From Amoebophrya sp. A120 (lineage: Eukaryota > Protista > Dinoflagellata), in the NCBI GenBank assembly GCA_905178155.1, contig CAJINV010000013.1:114344-178343 (forward strand): a stretch of 64,000 nt of DNA, given 5' to 3'. This document shows, one piece after another, positions 1 through 12,200 of the stretch (the stretch's first letter is position 1; every line of letters begins with the position of its first letter). The notes below the pieces were generated by a model that saw nothing but the letters and a program-made list of their open reading frames with translations, did no database searches and was not told the origin of the DNA. Position numbers and translations under genes: made by a program.

Positions 1-110
1 GCTCCAATTTCTTAAGCCACTGCGCCGACATCCTTGCGTTTGGAGCTCCTATCTCAGCCTGAATCCTTCTTTGCGTTTCGCGGGTTATCTTATTTGCTAG
101 CATGATCGGG
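1..110 (-). CDS. Possible downstream exon of the SecA-like gene, running off the window edge
   Basis: Minus frame reads MLANKITRETQRRIQAEIGAPNARMSAQWLKKLE and is open to the edge; same strand as and downstream of the SecA-like exons. Linkage is not shown. Confidence 0.3.
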
Positions 111-1394
111 TCTGAGTCCCCATCACCTTGCGGATTTGCTGCCTCGACGCTGGTCCTCACACTGTATATTGTATTTTCAATTTTTTAAGTAAAACTTTTC
201 TTTTTTGTGTCAAAAGGATGAATGAAATGGTTCAGAATGAAAAAGGTCGGAAGGTTCGGCTGCGATTTATCTCACAATGAAGAAGTCGGTCAGAAACACA
301 GACAGGCACCGCCGCTGCATTATCGGAAATGCGGAAGCGGAGGCCCTCTGCGAGATTGTACCACAATAAGCGCTGCGAGACATACAAGGCCAAGCGCGCC
401 ATCCCCGAACTGAAACAAATCCGATTTCGTATCTTTACTCCTGTCTGGGTGCAATAAGTGTCTGCTTTATTTCGCAACTCATCCAGGAAAAATTCCTTGG
501 AATAGAGACACGTACGCGGAGTGTTGCGCAGACGCCCCAGCAGCTGAGTCGCCAGGCGCCCCGCGCAGGGCTCGCACGCTCAGCTGATATCGCTTGATGT
601 TGGGCTACCACCCCGTTGCCGGGATGTGTACACCCCTTAGCACTTGCTTGCGCATTTGATGTCATCAAGTGATGCTGCTCATTGTATGCTAAATCTTTTT
701 CTATAGGTGAAAGCGTCGTCAAATGAATTATTTTGGTTGTTATACAGGAATCTCAACGAGTGAATCTCAATACTATGCACGGCCTTATGCTAAAACACGA
801 AGGAAATCTTGCGAAGTCTCTCATGTTAAAAGCGCGAATCCGTGTGGGGGCCCGACATTTCACCTATCAACTACCACGTTGTAGCCGATATGTCCCGAAG
901 GACCGGGCTCCGAAGAGCGCTGGGGTAATTTGTCAGGGGCTGATCCGTCGCTTGGAATCAATGGGGGCGATCATCTCCTAGAGTGAATCAATGGGGGCGA
1001 TCTCATCCTAGTTCGAAAAAGAGGAAAGGGTCATGACCAACTTTTGGATAAACCTGTGACCGAGCTAGGGAAACATACAAAAACGCGCCCAAGGTGCCGA
1101 GTGAATCTCAACGGTTGCGCCTCAACGCTTTGAGACGCCTCAACGGATTCGCGATGAGCTCAACGACTGGTCTCAACGCTTTGCGCACAGAAGAACTGCG
1201 TGGCGTGAAGGTGCGCACCGAGCCCCCGCAGCAAACCTTTCAGAGGTCCTGGCAACACGAGTGCCGGCGAGCGGGTTCATAGATAGTTAGAAAAACGCGC
1301 GAAGGCCCCACGCATAGCGAGACACAGAGCACACAAGCCAAGGGGCCGCGCACAACGGGCCAGGCAACAAGAACGCAGGAAAGCGACAAGAGAA

Positions 1395-1454
1395 TCGTCG
1401 GGCAGGGCAGCCGCCGCCGGCCGGCCGGCCGGCGGCGGCTGCCCTGCCCGACGA
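1395..1454. repeat. Perfect 60-bp GC-rich palindrome
   Basis: TCGTCGGGCAGGGCAGCCGCCGCCGGCCGG is followed directly by its exact reverse complement. Confidence 0.95.
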
Positions 1455-1479
1455 CCCTAAACCCCCGAAACCCTAAACC
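1455..1479. repeat. Short interstitial telomere-like (CCCTAAA) tract
   Basis: CCCTAAA-CCCCCGAAA-CCCTAAA-CC; TTTAGGG is the plant/dinoflagellate-type telomere repeat. Confidence 0.5.
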
Positions 1480-1564
1480 ACTGCTCATCGTTGAGATATA
1501 TTTCTCAACGTTGAGCTGTGAGGTCTCAACGTTGAGATCCACAAGCACCGTTGAGATCCCTGTA

Positions 1565-2233
1565 ATAAAAAAAATAATAAAAGTAAAAAATAAATAAACA
1601 TCAAAATAAAAATAACAAAAAAAAAAAAAAATAAAAAATAAAAAAAAAAAAAAAAAAAAACTAAAAAAATGAAAATATACATATACGAAAACAAAAAAAT
1701 AATAGTAATAAAAAAACAGAATCAAAATAAAAAAAAGCAGTTAAAGATAAAAAAAAATTAAAATAAACAACACCAAAGCAAAAGATACTGTAAAAGAAAA
1801 AAAAAAAAAAAATAAAAAAAAAACAACACAAGATCTCGAAAAAATAGCAAAAACAAAGCCAAAAAAAAAAAACGAAAAAGCAACTAAAAAAAAAAAAACA
1901 AAAACAAAATAAAATAAAACACAAACACCCCACACAAACAAAATAATAATATAATAATAAAAATAAAAAAAAAAGAAACTAAAACTCACACACAAAAACT
2001 GAAAAAAAAAAAAATATAAAAAAAAAAAAATAAAAAATACAAATAAAAAAAAATAATAAAAAACAAGAAAAAAAAAAAAAAAACTAAAGATGGAAAAAAA
2101 AAATAAAAAAAAGAAAAAAAGAGGAAGAGAAAGAAAAAAAACACAAAAAAAAATAAAAAAAAGAAAAAAAAAAAAAAAATAATAATGAAAATACATAATA
2201 CAAAAGAAAAAAACAACAAAAGAAAAAAAAAAA

Positions 2234-2265
<32 letters not shown>
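1565..2265. repeat. Extremely A-rich low-complexity tract, possibly a sequencing/assembly artefact
   Basis: About 700 nt of non-periodic A runs; the poly-Phe ORFs here are spurious. Confidence 0.85.
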
Positions 2266-2344
2266 TGAGATTACGCCGACATTGAAAAAGTGCGACAGTA
2301 AAACTAATTAGGAAGTCGCAGCTGAAACGCCTGCCAAGATACAA

Positions 2345-3237
2345 TCACATGTATATGAATATGATAGAGCGGTGCGGGCGTCCATGTTTTGGTACCATTT
2401 CCCCTGCCAGAGTCTGAAAGACCTGACTTACATTCTGTCCCGGGCGTAACAAACTTTCAATAGCCTTTGTAACGTTCGACACGTTCTGTCTGTTTCCAGC
2501 CGCACTATCCGCCTCTTTCAGCGCTTCGAATTCAGCAGAGCTTGACAACAAAGCTTTCACCTTATCTTTCAAGTGCACCTTGATTGCAGTTTTTAGATGC
2601 GGCATGAGTCCGTCCGATACCGCGACTTTCGCCAGAACTTGCACACCTTCGTTGATGACCACTTTAAAAGCGGTACGGGCCACGACTTTTACGCCCTCCG
2701 TTAAGGTCCGTTTGCTCAACTCTACAGTGCCCTTGACCACAGCGTTCGCAACTCGGGCCGCTTCTTTCAGCACGCCCACTCCGGCGGTGACCAGGCTCAA
2801 CACCAGACTTACCGCTTTTTCCGCGCCCCAGCGACCCCAGTCGAAAGACCGATTGATCAAGATATCCTTGACCGCTGTGATTATATCGCTCACGCCCTCT
2901 GCCACAAGGCCCACACCGAAGTTGGCTGCGGCGCCCAGGGTAAAAACAGCAAGAGCCGCACCTCCAATCATCTGCGTCACCCCTATAATAATCAACGCTG
3001 CGAAGGCGCCCCGGTCAAACGGAGGACACACCTCGAACTCGGGCGCTCCAATTAACCCCCACTTTTTATGCATTTTCGAAACTGCTTCAAACTCAGAGTG
3101 GTCCTGGTCTGGCCCGACAAAATACCTGAAGCCATCTTTTTGTGTAATGTCGAGAACTCGCTTTAACCCGAGTTCCTGGTTGTTCTCCCGAGCCCAACGG
3201 AGCAGCCCCAAGACTCTTTTCGATTGCGCGGTTCCTG
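2345..3237 (-). CDS. SecA-like gene exon with hydrophobic Gly/Ala-rich helices
   Basis: AALIIIGVTQMIGGAALAVFTLGAAANFGVGLVAEGVSDII...FDWGRW; boundaries approximate. Confidence 0.75.
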
Positions 3238-6200
3238 CAGATTCCTCTTTGCGGCATTGTAGTAATTCTTAAAAAAGCGAAAATAAGGATATGAACAACA
3301 CAAAGAGATGAACTTCAACGTTTGCAATTTCGTCATCTTTGATGACTACGTGCAGTTCGAAGGCGAGCAAAGCACCAGTCTTGGTCTTCAAGTGCGGATG
3401 ATTACGGAGGTCCTCGTCGGTAGGCTTGGAATTCTCTATCCCTCTGTCTTTAACAAATTTCACGCGGTCGTCGTCACTCATCTTGTCGTACTCTGCGCGT
3501 TCCTTCCGGCTTTTTCGAAGCGAATCAAAAGCTTAATATATTTGCTCAAAAATCCGCTCCCTTCGTTTATAAAAATCGGCCTCCGGATCACCTATGACAG
3601 ACTGTACTTGTTGCATCATTCCGTGATAGATCGCACGATGCTGGTCAACCTGACGATGCAAAAGGTCCTTGATACAGACACCCTGCTCATTGCCAGCACC
3701 ATGGCAACACATATCTACAGCGTCTAATGGTGGAAGAATTTTTTCTTTGAGAACAGCAAGAACTTTTGGGTACTGGGTCTCGCACGAGGACTCGGCTTCA
3801 GGCTTCTCCTTGTTATGTTTTGCGACGTGGGCGAGCCCGCGACAGTATGGGGCCTCAACACATATTCCACCGCTGCAGGTTTCGCTGCATTCTGCGTCCA
3901 GCTCGGACGCCTTTGAGAGCAAAAGCAAGGGTCTATCATAGCGGCCCGACTTTAATATCTCCTCGTTTGCCTGTTTGACAAGGTGGTACGGGTTCGTGAC
4001 GAGCGGGTATGGTGACGGTCGTCGGGTTCGTGACGAGCGTCGTATGGTGGTACGGGTTCGTGACGAACGGGTTCGTGACGGTCGTCGCGAACAAAGCGAC
4101 GAAGGGCTAGTTCTGCCGACCCACTCTTGCCGTAAGGGCTTCGCAAAATCTTCTTCAAAGAAAACCTCGGGGTCATCTGCGTCTTCGAGCGCGGCGCCCC
4201 TTGCGAGCAGCCATAGAGCAAACCGCTCCTCGAAGGCAAGGCGATCTATCGACTTCCAGGAATCGTCTCCCAAAACGGGCTTGGGGGCGTTTGGTTTGGG
4301 TTTCGGCCTGACAAGCGAAAGCTCTGCAAGCATGGCCAGAGCGGAGTCAAACACCTTGTCCTGATTCAGTGTCTTCCGGATGTCTTCTGGTGCGTTTCGA
4401 ATGCTGTTGCGCTCGTGCGCGTCGCGTCGTGCCAAAAGCCACTGCAGCAGGGTGTCCCGACCGTCGTCCGTTGCCAAAGATGGAGGGACATCTCCCTCTG
4501 CTCTCGCAATCAACTGGGCTGTGCCCCGAAGCCCTGTCCGCGCAGTCCTACCGAAGTTTTGTTCCTGAACTCTTTTGCTTTTTGGAATAAACGTTACGCT
4601 GACGTGCATGCCACCATTCTTTTCCACCTCGTCCGAAAGCTTGATGTCAGTACCCCGTCCGGAAATGTTTGTGGCAATTATGACGTCACCCGCCTGGACG
4701 ATCCTTTCTATGGCAGCATCGCGTTCCTCTTGTGCGGTGTACCTGAACAGGGATACGTTATGCCTGGAGCCGTCGGGCAATGCAGGCCCACCCTCCGACT
4801 CATGGTCGGCTGCATCTTTTGCCGCTTTTTCGAAGGCCTGGTGTATGGCATCCGCTTTCTTGATGGATTCGCACACCACCAAAACCGCACGTCCCAAAAA
4901 TGCTTCAGCGCGGCCGCGCCGGACCACGGTCTCAAGCCAGGTCTTTCCGGCGTCCTTACCGTGCAGAACAACACCCCGGAGAGTGTAAAACTGCTTTTGC
5001 TTAAAGCCGGGCACGAAAAAAAAGTCTAATCCGTACACTTCGTGCATGAGCTTCAGCGTAGCCTGATCACCGAGTGTCCCTGTCAGTCCAAAAACATGAT
5101 CATAGCCCTTGATGAACTTGACGTTCGACAGAAAGTTGGTGCTAAAGTTTTCAGGTAGCAAACGCAGACCGTGTTTGATTTTATGGCCCGGACAGATCAA
5201 AAAAATCGAATACGTATTTGCATGATCGTAAAGGGTAGTCGTTTGTATGTAGATAAGCATGTGTGCGGCCATAGATAGTCGCCATGAGGTAGCTCATGTG
5301 AAGATAAATCAACATCATGAGCTAGCTAGTTAACCTCAAGCTATCGAGTCTTGTGGATTCGCACGTCGATTCCACAAGACTAGATAGCTTCAGGCTAACT
5401 AGTTCACAGGTGCAGCTACATGTGTAGTCATCAGATTGTGAATTATCTAACACATTCATGCATATTTTCAGCTCAGAAGCTGCAACTAATGCATTCAAAA
5501 TTGCCATTCTATATTCTTCGAACGAGATGAAAAAAAAAAGATATGTCCGGGCCATAGATTTGCAAAATCTGGTGCAGCCCGCCACTGTAATGCTGGGAGT
5601 CGGAGATAGTGCCCGTATTTTCGGCGTCCACCGTGCTTAGCTCCATGGTCATGCCGTCGCCCTTCCCCCGAAGTTGGTACTGCACACCAGGTTCATAGAT
5701 AAACTGCGCATGTACGCAATTTCTGGACCAGTCATAAATGCCTCGCTCCACGATATATTTTCGATGATCACAATCGCAACAAAAACTTATTCCTTCCAAG
5801 GGTGCGGTCTAGTTGTGCTTATAACTTCATCATGCCACTTCCACTTGCATGAGCAAAAGGGTAAGCTCTCAAAAAAGCGTAGATCAAATCTAGGAGCGCT
5901 GCCGCAGACGTACCGTGCTTCTATATTCTATTGAGCAAAGTAGTGGCCATCGACAATAAAAATGCTTGTTCACCTATAGCGACTCTTGCCCGGAAGATTT
6001 ATAGTTAGTTAGTTAGTATTCCCACAGTGAAGGGGAGTGAAAGGGAAAGATCTTAGTGCTGCTCGTTGTCGGAGTAGACTTCGTCGCGCATCTTCTTCCC
6101 TTTGCACGACTTCTCGTGGTCGATCATCTTCCCAATTTTGATGGACTCGCCCCGATCATGGTAGCGCATCGCGACGTTGTTGTGGGCGAGTAGGGCCTTG

Positions 6201-9200
6201 CATTTCTCACATTTTCGGCATCGGATATATTCGCAACCTGCTGCGTCAGTGTGTAGGGCGCGCTGGGGTATTGTCGTCCTCCAATGTGCTGCGTCAGATC
6301 CATACGAGTACTTGCCTGTTGATTCATTCCACCAGTGCTGCTCCGGTCTGCATTCCCCCACCGGCTTCCCCTGGTTGTTCTTTTTTCGTCCTACCCGAAT
6401 GTAGCCATGCTCTCGATGGGCCTGGGCATGGCGCTCCATAGCTGCCGACTTGGAGTCAAACATCAGATTGCAGGGAATGCACTTGATAGGCCAGCGCCGC
6501 CCCCGGCGGGGCACTGCCTATCTCGGTGCTAATTTCCAAACGGTCAAAGCCCATGCGCACCAAGGCGACCCGAGTGGCCGCCAAGCCAGGGAAGCAAAGA
6601 AAAAAACAAAAAAAGGAAAACCAAAACGCGCAGGGCCAACAGCCCAGGCCCCCCGCGCACAGAGGCAGCGCGCCTATTTTTTTGCCTATTTCTCGCCTAA
6701 TTCCGGGGCTTTTGGTTTTCGCAGCGAAAAAAAAAAGTCGCCAAAATTAGCCAAGAAACAGGCAAACACAGGCGGGGAATCAGGCAAAAAATAGACAGGA
6801 AATTAGACAAAGAAATAGACAAAAAATTAGACAAGAAATTAGACAGGGAATTAGCAGGAAAATAGGCAGAAAAACAAACACGGCAACCGTAGGAAAAATA
6901 GCACCGAAATAGGCCCGGAATTGCCAGGGCTGGCGCCGCCCAAACTTGATCATCGGCACATGGGCACGCGGGCCCCTTGGTTGCTTTTCTCTAATGTAGC
7001 GCGGGTTCCCATTTCTCTGCAGCGTTTCCGCCCGAATGAAGGCGTTGTGCTTGTCATCCCACTCCTTGATCTTTCTCAAAATCCTGCGCTTGTGTGCTGT
7101 GTTGCTGGGCGCGGGGGCTTCGTGCTTCTCTTTTAGATGAAGCTCCATCATCTGCGTTGGCCCTCCTTTTGCCGTGCCGCAGATGAGATCCGCATCGCCA
7201 AATTTGCCGTCTGGGCCACGTGGTCCCGCAGCAATCTGCTCCGCACACCAGAGACACTGGCCTTGTGATCGATACGCCAGCGGTGCCCCATCTACTGCTT
7301 CCAGTTTGCCCACCTGTTCCTCTACATTCAGCCCATTCGCCGCAGCCTGTTCCTTGACCTTCTGAACCGTGGGCGCGTCAGCATCTCCAAAGTACTTCAC
7401 TGACAGGTCGTGCTCCAGCTGCTTCCGCTCGCCCTCGTCCTGTCCGGCCCAGTCTTTTGCCACGGCCTTGATGAAGGCCCATCGCGTTGTCGAGAAAAAT
7501 AGCCGCTTGTTCGCATGGTACAGGGATTGCGGCCCCTCCAGGTCTGGGCGTCGCCGTGCCGCTTCTACCGGTGTTTCCGCCAGGAGATGCAACATCTCCG
7601 CCGATACGCTGCAGTCACCTTGCAAGTATTTTATCGAGTCCTCCAGGAACGAGGGGACTTTTCGGCGTCTAGCATCCAGCTCCTTGAGGTTTTTGATAGA
7701 CCGCAGGAGCTGCAGAGATTCATTCTCCTGTAGTTCCCAGCCGCGGGCGTCGTTTTGCGGCTGGTATCCCGTTACCAGCGGTGGGAGAAACTGCCCCAGT
7801 AGCACCTGCCTGGTTAAGTCTGTCTTCGGTTTCCGTAACGTATGCCCCAGCCATTTCATCTGTAGATACCGCACATGATGCTCAAGCTTTGGCACTTTCA
7901 GCTGCTTCCGAATGTCCGACATCTTCTGTTTTTTCAGCACTTTCTTCCACCAAGGGATATCGAGAATTCGCATCATCATCCTGCCTTCCTCCCTTTCTAA
8001 AATGCGAAGCTCCTCTTTGCTTACGTACCTGGAGGTCATGCCGTAGGTCATCACGCTTCTGATCATCACCATTATCAACTCCCCACGCCTTTTCGAGTGT
8101 ATGCCACTGACGCCGCTGATCTTCTGCCGTAGTGACGAGTACGCGCGCCAGGACTTTTTCACCTTTTGCCGGACGTCCTCCATCGGATCCGTGTTCTGCC
8201 CAAGGTTTCGCGTTACAATTTCGGTAATGTCGTTGGCTATGCGCTTGGTTTTGTTCTCAGACGTGCCCGCCTCCCAAAGGACTTCCGAAAGGACCTTCAT
8301 CGCGTTTGAAGGAAGAAGCTCTTCCAGCTTTTCCCCGGCTTTCTTCTTTTTGTTTCGACCTTCCCGTGCCTCGTTTTCCTTGACCAGCTTCTCGAGGATT
8401 TGCCGCTGCTCTAGCTCTAGGAGGGTCGTATCGTCTGCGAACAGCAAGGTCATCAAAGCCTTGAATACCGTCTCCATCTCCATCGCACCACTCGCATCCT
8501 GCTGCTGCTGTTCCGCCGTCTGGGCCCCCGACTCGAAGACATACGCATACAATCGGTCGACCCTGTTCCAGCACAAGGCCTGCGGACTCGTGCGAAGTTG
8601 GACCCCGGCCGGCTTGGATTTCTGCAGCTGCTCCGCCTTGAGTTTATGTCGGAAGTGTTTCATGACCGCTGAATACACCATTACAAACACCAGGGGCGAC
8701 GACGCGCATCCTTCTTTCGTTCCGTTTTCTAGTGCGAACCTCTCTCCCGGCGTGTTCTTGTTGTCCGGGTCCCGAAATTCATGAACTGAACTCCGATGAC
8801 TTGCCTCTATCGCTTCCCAACATTTACTGTGTTGCAGATTGAGAGCCTGGACCGTTCCCCTGATTAAGCGTTTGTCCAGACTTGGGAATGCTTTCTTCAA
8901 GTCCACGAGCGTCACCAATACCCGCGCCATGCCATGCTCGCCATAGTGCATCATGTCCTGACGTAGCTTGTTGAAGATAGCAAGGCTCTCAATCGTCCCC
9001 CTGCTTTCCCGAAATCCGAACTGGGATTCGCAGAAGTATCCCTTATCCTCCAGAAGTCGATATAACCGATCCGAGTACAGCTTCACCACTAATTTTGTCA
9101 CTAGCGGCGAAATGACGAGAAAACGATACCCATCCGGATTCTTTGGCGATCCTTTGCCCTTGAATAGCGGCGTATCTCGGCAGAGCCGCATTCTTTCGTC

Positions 9201-12200
9201 CAGTTCGCTCATTTTGCGCGTGCTTAACTCCTTGGCTAGGATGGTCGTGAGGATCTCGAGCGAGTCCTGGTCTAAAAACTTCAGGATGCCGCCCTGCAGT
9301 CCACATGCGTCTTTCGCTTTTCCCCCGGCGGCCACCGCTTTCGCCACTTCTTCCACCTCAAAGACGTCCGGGGGCTTGTCCAGTTCTTCCAGATCTTCAG
9401 ATGTCAAGGGCTGAATGTACTTTGGTAGCTCCGCTTCAATTGGCAAGGTGTCCAAGTCCGGTCGTATCGGCGTGTTTCCCACCGCAGCGTATTGCTTGGC
9501 CGCCTCAGCAGGGGTTATCTCGCACCTCCGATCCATCTTGAGCAAGTCCATTTCGCGAAAGAGCGCCCACATTTTGGAGCGAGTTTTCGCACTTTCCGCG
9601 TATTTGTCTAGGTCCTTCACCGGCGCCTCCTTCTTTGTTTTCCCGATGAAGTGCGGCGTGTTATCTACCAAGAAGTCGTGGAAGTCCTCCAGGCTGAAGG
9701 CGCCATGGCCTCCCTTGCTCTCGATTCTGGCACGCAGGTCCTCATTGAAAAACGTGAGCAGCTCCTCCGGGGGGCTCGTCATTAGCCCAAACGTTGACAA
9801 CCTTCGAAGTTCTCCTTCATGCCTTAAGTGCTTTTTCGTTTTTACCGCCGTATCCATCTCCACCGCCCGGTGGTCGAATCTCGCCAGCGCTAGCCTTGCG
9901 CCATCTGCTTGCACCCCATTGACGTCAAAGATGCGATATCCTAAGACCTTGGTAAGCTGCTGACCTGGCACCAGAAAATAGTCCAGCTCATTTCCTCCAT
10001 CGTGCGTGCTGTGAGACGGGAGCTCCAGGTGGCTGGCTGGCTGCACCATGTTCAGGGCCAGCATCGTCGTCGCAAATTGTCGCCCGCGTGGCGTCGATGT
10101 CGCAGGTCCGTGCTGTCCTTTTATGGTAGACCCGCCAAAGAGTCGAGTCCCCACCTGCGCATTCCAATCGGCGCCAACAATCTTGGTCTTCCATTTGTGC
10201 TGCTTCATTTTTTGCGTTTCCCTTATTGCCTTGGTGAAGTTGCCGTCAAAAGCCGCCATGTCTTCTTTTGGCGATCCCGCGGTGGGGGCATAGCAAGCGA
10301 CTACTGCTAGCTCTCTTAGAAACAACGTCAATACCCGCGGCCGTGATCTCACTGCGTCCGCTGTTGTATGTAGCTGGTCTGCCTGAATTTCAGCCCGCAG
10401 CTTCTCATCCAGGATGAGGATTCCTACTCCATGCGCAAAAAGCAAATCAAATTTCGGCTTGCGTACCCACTGATACTCGCCGAACTCAAGCACGTCCTCG
10501 GCCTCCGTCATCTCCTCTTTCTCCACGGGAGAGTCAAAATCCGGCCCCATGGCTAGTTCATCCAGATGGGCTTCCACCTCCACGCAAATAGGCTGGTCAT
10601 CGTTGCCATCCTCTCCCAAGTTTTGCGGTGGCGCTTGTACGTTCGGATTTTGTTGCGGTTGTCCTTCCAAGAGGCTGTCCAGATGATCGTCATCATTTTC
10701 TTCTTCCCCTCCTGGGCCGGGGGCTTCTGGCTCAGCGCCTGGAGGAAGGATGTCCGCTGCTTCAGCGACTGCTGCTGGCTGCTTCTTGCGGTAGGCGAAT
10801 TCGGAGAGCAAAACCAATCCCCAGTCGCAGGCCCCCGCCACTCTTAACACGTGGCAGAACCGTTCTGACTCCATCCCGCTGCCATAGCAATTCACGAGGC
10901 CCGTCCTGCACGCCCAATGGCCCGCGGGGGCCTCTACCACTTCTCCTCCTACACGGTCTGGAAAGTAGTTGTGTGCGCTGTCCCCTTCCCCCTGCTGTGA
11001 CGGACTGTCTCCATCGCCTGCCCCGTCGTCTGGGCTGTCCCTCTGTTCGTCTTTTTCCTTTTTCTTCTTTTCCGCAACTTTGAAGATGTCCTTCCAGGAC
11101 TTGCTCTGCTTGCCTCCGAACGCAAAGATAGGTGGAACCACAACTGGCGCAATTGTCTCTTCTTCGGCGGATCTGCCTTCCTCGCCCTCAGCACTCTGCT
11201 CGTGTTCTGCTTGAGACTCCAGCGGCGGCGGGGCTCCTCGAGTATCGGCGTGCTGGGGCCCGTTCGCATGCTTGACTACCGCGCGGCGTTTGTTCTGCGT
11301 CTTCCTTCTTGCTTTTTTGCTCCCGACCGATGCAAAACGCTGGGGAAAGTCCTCCTCTGCCTGCGCCAACTCACATCGCCCGGCCGTCGGCTCCGATTGT
11401 GCGAGAACAGGCTCTTCAAATCCTTCCACCGCTGGCTCATCGTGCCTGGTTTTGCTCGTTCGTTTGCTGCTTGCCACCGGCCCCTGACGCTTGTGGCGCC
11501 GCTTCCATACTGCCCTCCCGTCTTTCCTGATTTGCTGCTTCGCGTGGAGTCGTCGCACCAGTCGCTGCAACATGTGCAATATCTCCTTGTCGCTTTTCAT
11601 CTGTGTCTCTCGAACCCCTAAGAGCAGCTGCACACGCTGGGCGAAGCGCCGAACCACCCATCTCGCTGGGGTTGCTGCACATCGGAGAACCGCCATCACG
11701 CCCGCCCGTTCCAATAAAATTCGTCGCCAATGGTCTGGGTCTCCCTGCTCTTTTTTGCGTCCGACGTCCGCAAGCCACATTGGTTTGGTCGGCGAGCGCA
11801 TCTTCATATGATCGGAAAAAACCAACCTGAACTCGCTATGTGGTGATTTGTCAAGGCGCGACAAATCACCATCTCCGTGTTCTGGTCCTGTAGAAGTCAT
11901 GATAATCCTGCTGCGCAGCTTCAGCCTGCGTTCGACCAGTCTCTTACGTCCTCCTCCCCACTTGGTGACGCTCAGCATCTGCAACGCATCTCGTAGCCGC
12001 ATGCTGGGGTGGTCAGGACCTGGAGTTGTCGTTGTTGTTTCCGTAGTGGATTCCAGAAAACGATGCATGATACGGGCTGAGTCGGTCGATTTTTCTGCTG
12101 TTACCGAAGACGCTGCTGCTGCTGCAGCAGTGGATTCCTGAAAATGATGCACAGCACGGCCGGAATCGGTCGATTTTTCTTCAGAATCTCGAAACCGCGT

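Larger units (their letters stand above)
745..1562. mobile_element. Non-autonomous Tc1/mariner-type MITE
   Basis: TIRs CAGGAATCTCAACG (745-758) and CGTTGAGATCCCTG (1549-1562), 1 mismatch; flanked by TA (743-744, 1563-1564); many internal copies of (T)CTCAACG in both orientations; no transposase ORF. Confidence 0.8.

Noticed and set aside
1240-2344. Poly-Phe ORFs
   Set aside because: They are translations of the A-rich tract, which may itself be an artefact.
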